Shown one piece after another: positions 49,518 through 57,504 of a stretch of 64,000 nt of DNA. Source of the DNA: a virus (Duplodnaviria; Caudoviricetes); the IMG/VR virus record IMGVR_UViG_3300014205_000170, positions 256,001-320,000 of that record; one strand, written 5' to 3'. The position numbers and the translations under genes were made by a program. Within the stretch, counting starts at the first letter, position 1, and each line of letters starts with the position of its first letter. The notes beneath the pieces are model-generated. The model was not told the DNA's origin and ran no database searches. It worked only from the letters and a program-made list of their open reading frames with translations.

Positions 49518-50376
49518 AATGTTGTCTTAAAATAGAACTGTTAACGCGACATTTCAATATTTTTAAAGCGCCATCTTTAATTTGTCTTACTCTTTCTCTT
49601 GTTAACTCAAAATATTCACCAATTTCTTCTAAAGTCATAGCCTGTTGACCTAATAAACCAAAATACATACATACAACAGATTTTTGTCTTGGAGTAAGTC
49701 TATCCAACACTTTTTCTAAGTCCGCTTTCATAGACTCTTTATTTAGGTCACTATCAGGACTGATGCTATCTTTGTTTGGTATAAAATCCATTAACGTTAA
49801 AGCGCCATCATCTTCTGAAATAGGAGTTTCTAATGAAACCGTTCTACCGGTCATCATTCTTACATCCTTAACTTTAACATCAATGCCTTCTAAGGATTGT
49901 TGCACTTCATCATCTGTTGGTTCTCTTTCTAAAATTTGTTCAAGATTAGAAATTGCTTTATTTACTTTATATATGGATGAAGTTTGATTGCTTGGAATAC
50001 GAATTAATCTGGATTGCTCTGCAAGTGATTGCATTATAGCTTGTCTAATCCACCAAACAGCATAAGAAATAAATTTAAATCCACGATTAGAATCAAATTT
50101 TTTGGCTGCTTTTATTAAACCCAAATTACCTTCATTCACCAAATCTTCTAAAGGAAGACCACGATTTTGGTATTGTTTTGCGACGGATATAACAAAACGA
50201 AGGTTACCACGAACTAATTTATCTAAGGCTTTATCATCACCGCTAGTAGCTTTTTTGGCTAAATCAATTTCCTGGGTATCAGTAAGGAGAGGAATCTTAC
50301 TGATTTCATTAAAATATTTTGTAATGGATTCACTATCTCTATTAGTTATCCTTTTGGTAATCTTAAGTTGTCTCAT
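49507..50376 (-). CDS. rpoD: RNA polymerase sigma-70 factor, Bacteroidota RpoD type
   Basis: MRQLKIT, NLRFVISVAKQYQ, EGNLGLIKAA, FISYAVWWIRQ, MTLEEIGEYFELTRERVRQIK. Confidence 0.92.
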   Translation of the reverse strand: MRQLKITKRITNRDSESITKYFNEISKIPLLTDTQEIDLAKKATSGDDKALDKLVRGNLRFVISVAKQYQNRGLPLEDLVNEGNLGLIKAAKKFDSNRGFKFISYAVWWIRQAIMQSLAEQSRLIRIPSNQTSSIYKVNKAISNLEQILEREPTDDEVQQSLEGIDVKVKDVRMMTGRTVSLETPISEDDGALTLMDFIPNKDSISPDSDLNKESMKADLEKVLDRLTPRQKSVVCMYFGLLGQQAMTLEEIGEYFELTRERVRQIKDGALKILKCRVNSSILRQHFDA

Positions 50377-50452
50377 TATTTATTTGCTCTATTGCAAATA
50401 TAATAAATTGACAAGTAGTGAACCAAATTTTAGGACAAGAGAAAAGTAGATA

Positions 50453-51328
50453 TTAGTTTAAATACTTACGAAGCAAGTTCGAACTACTAAACCTTCGCAA
50501 TCTTCTTAAAGCTTTTTCTTTGATTTGTCGAACACGTTCTGCAGAACAATCATATTTCAGTGCTATCTCTGAGAAAGACAAGGGTTGGCGACCATTTAAA
50601 CCAAAAAATAATTCAACCATTTCTCTTTCTTTTTCTGGTAATGTAGCAATGGCTCTATTCACATCTTTTTTAATAGATTCTGTTAATAACAGTGGCTTGT
50701 CTGGAGAGTAAATGTCACTGTCAAGAGGTTGTATAACATCTAATAATGATGGAGAAGTTTCATCATCAGAAAGAGGAGAATCATACGATTGAACTCTTTG
50801 CATAATTTTCATTAAATCACTTATCTCTTTTTGACCCAGACCCATTTTCTCCATTACTTCTTCATCGCATGGTGGTCGACTCAAATCTTGTTCTAATTTA
50901 GAATAAGCAGTTAAAAATTTATTTTGTAAAGAGATTTTATTTAAAGGGATTCTAATTAACCGGCTGTTATCTGCGATATTTTGAAGGATGGATTGTCTAA
51001 TCCACCAAACAGCAAACGAAATAAACTTAAAACCTCTAGTTTCATCGAATTTATAGGCAGCTTTAATAAGCCCTAAATTGCCCTCATTAATAAGGTCTTG
51101 TAAATCAATTCCACGATTCTGATACTGTTTGGCCACAGAGACAACAAAACGTAAATTAGCGCATACCATTTTGTTTAAAGCAGCTTTATCACCCTCTCTA
51201 ATTTTCCTTGTAAGCTCAATTTCTTCTTCATGTGTTATCATGGGAAGTTTGGCAAGTTCAGTAAGATATTTTTCAACCGATTTAGAACTTCGATTGGTAA
51301 CAGAGGGAGTAATTTTTAATTGTCTCAT
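50453..51328 (-). CDS. rpoD: Second RNA polymerase sigma-70 factor, Bacteroidota RpoD type
   Basis: MRQLKIT, NLRFVVSVAKQYQ, FISFAVWWIRQ, LSFSEIALKYDCSAERVRQIK. Confidence 0.92.
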   Translation of the reverse strand: MRQLKITPSVTNRSSKSVEKYLTELAKLPMITHEEEIELTRKIREGDKAALNKMVCANLRFVVSVAKQYQNRGIDLQDLINEGNLGLIKAAYKFDETRGFKFISFAVWWIRQSILQNIADNSRLIRIPLNKISLQNKFLTAYSKLEQDLSRPPCDEEVMEKMGLGQKEISDLMKIMQRVQSYDSPLSDDETSPSLLDVIQPLDSDIYSPDKPLLLTESIKKDVNRAIATLPEKEREMVELFFGLNGRQPLSFSEIALKYDCSAERVRQIKEKALRRLRRFSSSNLLRKYLN

Positions 51329-51387
51329 ATAGGTTTAAAACGTTGGTCTCATTTTAAACGAATCAATATAAATTTTGTTACAAAAAA

Positions 51388-52188
51388 TTACTTTGTTAGT
51401 AAAAATTGCAGTCTATCTCTGATTTTAGCGCAAAATTCATAGTTTTCCTTATCAATAGCTTTGGTCAACAATGAATTCAAAAATTCCACACTTGTAATTC
51501 TATCCAGATTTTGGTTAAACACTTCTTCAATTTTAACTCCACTATATCCACTTAAAGATTCTGTTTTGTTGTGAATAGCTGGATAATAAAAAAATTCAAC
51601 AGAACCTGTAGTTGCATTTTGTAAAATATTATATAAAATAATATCTTGTTCTTCAAAACTTAATTTGTTGAATCTTTTAAATTCTTCTTGTTCTCTATTT
51701 ACCAGTTCAGATTTTGCTTTATAATAATCATCACACATGTGCTCAACTTCTTGTGGCATATGAGCATAATTCATTCTGATTGAAATTGTGTTCTTTGTAT
51801 TTTTAGTAGAAAGATTTTTAATATCTGATTTTCTAGTCGCAATTAAAAAACAACCGGTTACTTCATGAATTAATCCTAATTTATGAAACATTTTAGGATA
51901 TAACTTTCTCTTATTAATGTGTTGAATAACTTTATCTTGTTCATTTAAAAGACCTTCAACATCTACAATAAAATCATCATTTGGGAAAATTTTGGAATAA
52001 TCTATTTTTTCAGCCATATTAACATATTCTAAAACAATAAAATAATTTAATTTGGATATAGAATCGATTCTCGCAATTCCTTCTTTACCACCCTTACTTT
52101 TAATTTCAAAAAATTTTTCTTGAACTAATTTGTATTCTTCCAACAGGGATTTTGCTCTTCTAAACGAAACTTTTTTAATTATTTTCAT
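51388..52188 (-). CDS. Hypothetical protein with C-terminal UvrB/UvrC motif
   Basis: LLTKAIDKENYEFCAKIRDRL. Confidence 0.65.
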   Translation of the reverse strand: MKIIKKVSFRRAKSLLEEYKLVQEKFFEIKSKGGKEGIARIDSISKLNYFIVLEYVNMAEKIDYSKIFPNDDFIVDVEGLLNEQDKVIQHINKRKLYPKMFHKLGLIHEVTGCFLIATRKSDIKNLSTKNTKNTISIRMNYAHMPQEVEHMCDDYYKAKSELVNREQEEFKRFNKLSFEEQDIILYNILQNATTGSVEFFYYPAIHNKTESLSGYSGVKIEEVFNQNLDRITSVEFLNSLLTKAIDKENYEFCAKIRDRLQFLLTK

Positions 52189-52236
52189 CGTCCAAGAATT
52201 ATATGTTATACATAAATATATTAGAAAAATACACTC

Positions 52237-52479
52237 CTATATATTCCAGTCTAATTGATTAAAAAACGCTTTAATCACACCAAAAGATTCTTGGTCAAAA
52301 GTCTTAGCCGTAACCTCTCCTTTTTCATTAATAAAATTAATAGATAAAAACTTAATTTGTTGTCCTTTTTCTCTAAAAGTAACCAAATCAACTTCAAATT
52401 TACCTCCACCCTCTCCATCTGCTAAATGCAAATATGTGGTTTTTTCATTTCCTTGTCCTTGTGTATTGGTACTTTCCAT
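52237..52479 (-). CDS. Hypothetical protein
   Basis: 80 aa ORF preceded by a bipartite promoter. Confidence 0.6.
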   Translation of the reverse strand: MESTNTQGQGNEKTTYLHLADGEGGGKFEVDLVTFREKGQQIKFLSINFINEKGEVTAKTFDQESFGVIKAFFNQLDWNI

Positions 52480-52533
52480 TATTAAAAGTATTTTTTTTTA
52501 AAATTAAATAGAGATTGTCAAAAAGTAAACAAC

Positions 52534-52767
52534 TCAAAATGAAACAACACCATATAGATTATGGTTCACTTGAATTTTAGCATATCTAGAAGTTACTTTT
52601 TTAGATGGAGTAAAATCATCCACAATAATTGACGTATTATACATAGGTATATAAGGAGCAAAAATATAACCTGCCTCATATTCAAATCGTTTACGTTTTT
52701 TTTCAAACAATACTTTTCGAGTATATGAATCTTTATTTTCTTTTATAATATTATGATGGAAATTCAT
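52534..52767 (-). CDS. Major capsid protein (gp23-like) C-terminal fragment with TRKVLFEK tag
   Basis: EAGYIFAPYIPM...FTPSKKVTSRYAK..VN..LYG matches the conserved T4-like MCP C-terminal GxxxAPYxP...FxPxxGxxTRY block. Confidence 0.75.
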   Translation of the reverse strand: MNFHHNIIKENKDSYTRKVLFEKKRKRFEYEAGYIFAPYIPMYNTSIIVDDFTPSKKVTSRYAKIQVNHNLYGVVSF

Positions 52768-52922
52768 TTACTTTTTCCTTTTTTAAATTCAAAACTTACA
52801 CTAGTATTTCCTTCAAAAGCAACTATCGTATTTTTTGGAGACAAAACAACTAAATTAAGGTCATTTGAGATTTTTTCAAATAAAACCATTTTTTTATATA
52901 ATGTTGTTATAGTTCCTTCCAC
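52764..52922 (-). CDS. 52-aa protein with KKMVLFEK tag (missed by the ORF track)
   Basis: GTG start: MEGTITTLYKKMVLFEKISNDLNLVVLSPKNTIVAFEGNTSVSFEFKKGKSK*; ATGA overlap with 52767. Confidence 0.65.
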   Translation of the reverse strand: MEGTITTLYKKMVLFEKISNDLNLVVLSPKNTIVAFEGNTSVSFEFKKGKSK

Positions 52923-52924
52923 TA

Positions 52925-53113
52925 TTATTTTGTTTTAAAAATATTTATTGCGTCTAATGTTAAAAGTAATAATTTTCTTGTCATTCCCCAATAGATTTTC
53001 ATTCTTTTCAAAAAACTAATTGAAATTTCTTCTGTCTTCTCAATAATAACAAAACGCGTATTGTCATGCATTATTAAATCAAAATCTTCTGGCTTTTCAA
53101 CAAAATCTCTCAT
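52925..53113 (-). CDS. 62-aa protein with TRFVIIEK tag
   Basis: Coupled to the Hc1-like gene by TAATG. Confidence 0.6.
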   Translation of the reverse strand: MRDFVEKPEDFDLIMHDNTRFVIIEKTEEISISFLKRMKIYWGMTRKLLLLTLDAINIFKTK

Positions 53114-53328
53114 TAATATTGACTCTTATTATCTTGCCTTTGCTTTTGTATACTTAATCTAAGAGGCAAGATTAATTCTTCAATCAATTTCAATTTTTTT
53201 CGAGCCCTAACAGAAGCTGTATCATTTTTAGTTTTACCTATAAATTTATACAACTCAGATTCACTTTCGTTTAACAGCTTTCTGATTTTTTGAAATTGCT
53301 CATCTATATTATAATCGTCATAAAACAT
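53113..53328 (-). CDS. Histone H1-like Hc1-family protein
   Basis: KF..KNDTASVRARKKL...LRLSIQ matches the Hc1 GNKAAGxRARK motif. Confidence 0.7.
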   Translation of the reverse strand: MFYDDYNIDEQFQKIRKLLNESESELYKFIGKTKNDTASVRARKKLKLIEELILPLRLSIQKQRQDNKSQY

Positions 53329-53339
53329 TTTTTATTTTT

Positions 53340-55235
53340 TTAATCTAAAATTTCACCTTCTTTTTTATTGATTCCATCTTCAAGGCTCTTGAGATGATTT
53401 TCAATATTTTCCATTAGCATTTTTGTTCTATGATTTACAGCTGCATTATTTTTTTGTAACTTCGTAGGTTGGTTTTTTTTAGGTGCTCCTTCTGAAAGTG
53501 GTTCTTCCGGAATCGTTTCTTCTCCTCCTTCACCACCTTCTGCACCAGCTTCTGCTCCTAAGTTTTCTCCTCCGGCTTCACCGCCTAAGCCTCCCATATC
53601 AGCTCCGCCACCCATATCAACTCCACCACCTAAGCCACCGCCAAGACTACTGCTTATTCCTGCACCAGCACTTGCTCCCATATCAGCTCCACCACCCATG
53701 TCACCATTAGCTGCATCAGGTTGTGCTCCTGGTACAAAATCTGGTCTTCTGAATTTTTTATCAAGGTCTACAAATATTCCAGTTTCAATATATTCAGCAG
53801 CAGCGCCCTCAATTTCAGAAAACATCTTACGTTCAATTTTCTTCTGTCTAATAATTTGTTTTATTTCAGCCTCAGAAAAACCCATAATATATTGCATTGC
53901 CCAAGTATAAGACACTGGAGAAGTAGGTTCAGGAGTAAACATAGCTTGAAACACTTCTAAACGTGCTTTCATTGTTTCCAACTTAAGCAACTCTTGTTGA
54001 GTTGAAGGATTTGCTAATGTTAATTGAAAATTATCTATTTCATCTTCTAGACCTAAAAAATATAAATGAATATTTGCAACTCTTCTTAATTCTATAATAA
54101 TGAATTGTTGAAGTCTGTTTATAGTTCTTGAAAATCTTAAATCCGCTTGAGAAAGTGCTGAACCTCCCGGAATAGTTTCTGCATAATTTAAATAAGGTTT
54201 TGGAACTTTTAAAGCCGCAAATAATTTATTTTGTAGATATTCAATATCCGCAATATCATTTAAATTAGATGCACCTGGTAATGTTTCAATTCTAGAACTT
54301 TTATCTCCTCTTACTGGTAAAAAATAATCTTCTTCATAAGTAATAGGACTATATTTTAAATTTATATTTCCAGTTGTCGGGTCTACTAAAGGAGCTTTTT
54401 TAACTTGCGCTTTAGTTTTCTCCATAAATTGAGGCACATCTGCAGGGTCTATATTTCCAACTTCAATAAAATATACTCTACGCTCTGGTGCTCTTACTAA
54501 TCTATAAACCAACATAGCATCTTCCGCTAATTGTAATTGTTTCCACAATTTTCGAGCTGGTTCTAAAACAGAACGACCATATGGTAATCGACTACTATCA
54601 GAAAGTAATCTAAAGTGTGCAATTTGCCATTCCTCAAAGAACATATTGCCAACATCCCATCTAAATCTACATTTACCCAATTCATTCGTTGGAGATTCTT
54701 CTCTATGAATTTCTCCAACTGGTAATTGAATAATATCATAAACACCTCTTTCTTGGTCTATTTCCAATTTTAAAAATAAATCACCAAATTTTAACAATTC
54801 TCTAGACCAAAAACCAAGATTATAATTTACATTAAGAACATTATAAAATAAATCTTTTAAAGTCTTTTTTACTCTCGAATTTTCACTGTATATAGTTAAA
54901 ATTTCACCTTGTTCAGAACGCGTTACACATTCATCAGCTAAAATATCCAATGCCGCAGAAACTTCCGGAGATTGGTCCATTGCTCTATAATCTTGATAAG
55001 ATGTAAATCTATCTGCTTCATAATATAAAGAACGTGAATATAAATCTTGTGCAATTTTTGAAGATTGTATATCTAAAAATTCTTGTTGTTTTTGTTGTTT
55101 GGATGCAAAAGGATTACTTAAAGCCGGTGTGCTTACAAGTATGTTTTTATTGGTTTCTTCCGCGCTTTGAGGTCGCTGTCTTCTCAGAGCTCTAAACACC
55201 CCTGCGAATATACTATCATCATATTTTTCAGCCAT
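53340..55235 (-). CDS. Portal protein, T4 gp20-like
   Basis: YRAMDQSPEVSAALDILADE, HFRL, PYGRSVLE, LAEDAMLVYRLVRAPERRVYFIEVGN, EDYFLPVRG, LFAALKVP; Gly/acidic tail. Confidence 0.95.
   Translation of the reverse strand: MAEKYDDSIFAGVFRALRRQRPQSAEETNKNILVSTPALSNPFASKQQKQQEFLDIQSSKIAQDLYSRSLYYEADRFTSYQDYRAMDQSPEVSAALDILADECVTRSEQGEILTIYSENSRVKKTLKDLFYNVLNVNYNLGFWSRELLKFGDLFLKLEIDQERGVYDIIQLPVGEIHREESPTNELGKCRFRWDVGNMFFEEWQIAHFRLLSDSSRLPYGRSVLEPARKLWKQLQLAEDAMLVYRLVRAPERRVYFIEVGNIDPADVPQFMEKTKAQVKKAPLVDPTTGNINLKYSPITYEEDYFLPVRGDKSSRIETLPGASNLNDIADIEYLQNKLFAALKVPKPYLNYAETIPGGSALSQADLRFSRTINRLQQFIIIELRRVANIHLYFLGLEDEIDNFQLTLANPSTQQELLKLETMKARLEVFQAMFTPEPTSPVSYTWAMQYIMGFSEAEIKQIIRQKKIERKMFSEIEGAAAEYIETGIFVDLDKKFRRPDFVPGAQPDAANGDMGGGADMGASAGAGISSSLGGGLGGGVDMGGGADMGGLGGEAGGENLGAEAGAEGGEGGEETIPEEPLSEGAPKKNQPTKLQKNNAAVNHRTKMLMENIENHLKSLEDGINKKEGEILD
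53560..53705 (-). repeat. Gly-rich DMGGG coding repeats in the portal tail
   Basis: DMGGGADMGASAGAG...GGGVDMGGGADMGGLGGE. Confidence 0.6.
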
Positions 55236-55294
55236 TTTGTATCAAGTTTTATATTACAAATAAATTAGTTTTTTAGTCAAAGTAAACCATTAGG

Positions 55295-56980
55295 TTAGGT
55301 GGAAATAGGTCCATATAGCCACCCTAAATCACTATCTGGAGTTTGTATATTTTTCTTTATTTCCTTTTGTATATTAGCAGAAGGCGCATTAGGATTACCA
55401 TTTGTTTGATAGCTGATGGATTCAATCATAGCTTTAAAAAATTCTTTACTTTTAAATACATTATCAAATTCAGTATCTCTCATAAATAATGCTATCGCAA
55501 ATGCAAAAATAAGGTCATCATTATATCCATCAGCATGCTCAGGTTTATCGCCTTTATGGATGAATGTTCGAAATTCAGTCAATAGTCTTTTTGAATAAAT
55601 TTTTACTTGTGTTTCTCTCATATATTTTGCTACACAACTCATTAGTAAAGGTCTAGTTTTTGAAGTTGTTTGAAAACCTGGAATTTCACTATCTTGGTCT
55701 ATAAAATCAAGTCCACCATATCTTACATAGATTTTTTTAATTGATTTAGAATGATGAATTTTATCAGAAGGATATCCTAAAGTATTTTTAAGCGCAAGTG
55801 TCGTTACTAAACCATGGTTATTTCCTTCAATCGCAACAAAGGCCATATTATAATCAATTGCTACCTTCATCACTAATTGTGCAAAAACATCTGGAGGGAT
55901 TTTACCTTGATATTCTGCTACTTGAGTTAAAGTATCTGCATTAATTACTTGTAAAGTTGAAAAGTCAGCACTATCTCCACGGGCAACATCCCCTCCTATA
56001 ATATAATTTGCTTTAGGTTCTGGTTTTTCCCAAACATAAAATGTAGTTTCTCTTTTAATAAATCGCTCTGCTGGTTCTTTGTAATCGTAATACCAAACAG
56101 GTTTAATTGTAGAAATATTATTTTCATATTTGTCAATAATCCAATTTTCAATTACAACAGCAGAAGAGCCTTCAAATGATAAATCTAATTCTTGTGCGAT
56201 TTTAATTTTATCATATTTCATCAATGCGCATTGTTCTTCATACCAAGGACTCCACCAAAATCTTCTTCCATGTTCATCTACTCTTTCTTCTAATCCTCTT
56301 GCATAATAAGGATGTTTACTCCAATGCACTTCTGTTCCAACAAAAGCTTTTTTATCTGTCTTTTGTTTTTTAATTGTTTCTGTCCAAGTTGTATGATATA
56401 AACCACCAGTTCCATTTGGAGTAGAAATCATAATACACTTAGCACTTTCAGCAGATAAAGCCAAACCTGCAGCCATCCAAATTTCTTCTGCGTTTTCAAT
56501 AAACGCAGTCTCATCTAAAATTAACATTGTTAATGTTTCTCCACGTCCAGCATTTCCACCGGAAGCTACCGCCTTACACCAACTACCATTAGATATGATA
56601 ATTTGTTGTGTATTATTTGTAGGAATGCTATCAGGTAAAAGAAAAGGAGGTAAGTAATCTAAAAATTGTTTTACCGATGCTAAAAATCGTCTTGCTCCAG
56701 CACCATCATTTGCTACAATAAGAATTCTTTCATTCTCATTAAAAAGCATTTTCCAACATACATATCCAGATGTAATTACACTAAGTCCTGTCTGGCGAGC
56801 TTTAAGTATAATGTTATTTTTATGATTTGTGTAATTACTTAAAACTTCTTTTTGATATTCGAAAAGAGTTAATCTATCAATAGTATTTTTGGTAATATCA
56901 AAAATATAACCATACGTATTCATAAAATACACAGGGTCTCTAGCACATCTTATAAATTCTATTGTTTCTTGTTGTGTCAT
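55295..56980 (-). CDS. terL: Terminase large subunit, T4 gp17-like
   Basis: KARQTGLS Walker A, LILDE Walker B, ISTPNG, nuclease GGDVARG..D, DDLIFA. Confidence 0.95.
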   Translation of the reverse strand: MTQQETIEFIRCARDPVYFMNTYGYIFDITKNTIDRLTLFEYQKEVLSNYTNHKNNIILKARQTGLSVITSGYVCWKMLFNENERILIVANDGAGARRFLASVKQFLDYLPPFLLPDSIPTNNTQQIIISNGSWCKAVASGGNAGRGETLTMLILDETAFIENAEEIWMAAGLALSAESAKCIMISTPNGTGGLYHTTWTETIKKQKTDKKAFVGTEVHWSKHPYYARGLEERVDEHGRRFWWSPWYEEQCALMKYDKIKIAQELDLSFEGSSAVVIENWIIDKYENNISTIKPVWYYDYKEPAERFIKRETTFYVWEKPEPKANYIIGGDVARGDSADFSTLQVINADTLTQVAEYQGKIPPDVFAQLVMKVAIDYNMAFVAIEGNNHGLVTTLALKNTLGYPSDKIHHSKSIKKIYVRYGGLDFIDQDSEIPGFQTTSKTRPLLMSCVAKYMRETQVKIYSKRLLTEFRTFIHKGDKPEHADGYNDDLIFAFAIALFMRDTEFDNVFKSKEFFKAMIESISYQTNGNPNAPSANIQKEIKKNIQTPDSDLGWLYGPIST

Positions 56981-57060
56981 TGTATTTAACTAACAATAAA
57001 TAGCTTAATTTTTACCTATTTTGGCAAAAAATCAACTATTTTCCTTAATAAAATGATATT

Positions 57061-57504
57061 TTATCTTTCGAAAGAAAAAGCGAAAAAATTAATTATAATT
57101 GATGGTTTACCATCAATAGATGTAATTGAATTTAATTGACATCCACGTAATGATAAAAAATGTTTATAATATTTAGAATTTAAATAAAAAAAAAACATAT
57201 CAACTCCTTTGGTGTTTTTGCCTTGTTCAAACTTACGAAGCCATTTAATGAAATTAGCAGATTGAGTTTTATCATAAGAATCAACTATATTAATAGTAAT
57301 GGGTTCTAGAATTTCAATCCACTTTTCTTCTTCATTCATTTCTAATGTCATTTTTGTACTTACTGTTGGGTCAAATTCAACTAATAACATAGTTTCTAAA
57401 TGTGAATTGTAATCACAAAATTTCATTCCAAATAAATTTTGATTTGATTTTTTTTCAAATAGAACTTTTCTTTTATTAAAATTTTGTAATAACGTCTTTA
57501 TCAT
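57061..57504 (-). CDS. Highly degenerate tail-tube-like paralogue with KRKVLFEK tag
   Basis: EPITINIVDS....ANFIKWLR....LRGCQLNSI resembles tube W.PITIT.xD....xxEW....LxGCF. Confidence 0.5.
   Translation of the reverse strand: MIKTLLQNFNKRKVLFEKKSNQNLFGMKFCDYNSHLETMLLVEFDPTVSTKMTLEMNEEEKWIEILEPITINIVDSYDKTQSANFIKWLRKFEQGKNTKGVDMFFFYLNSKYYKHFLSLRGCQLNSITSIDGKPSIIINFFAFSFER

Noticed and set aside
5915-57471. The tag as a DNA repeat, mini-transposon end or promoter
   Set aside because: It is always in the coding frame, shows extensive synonymous variation and has no conserved flanking DNA or target-site duplication.
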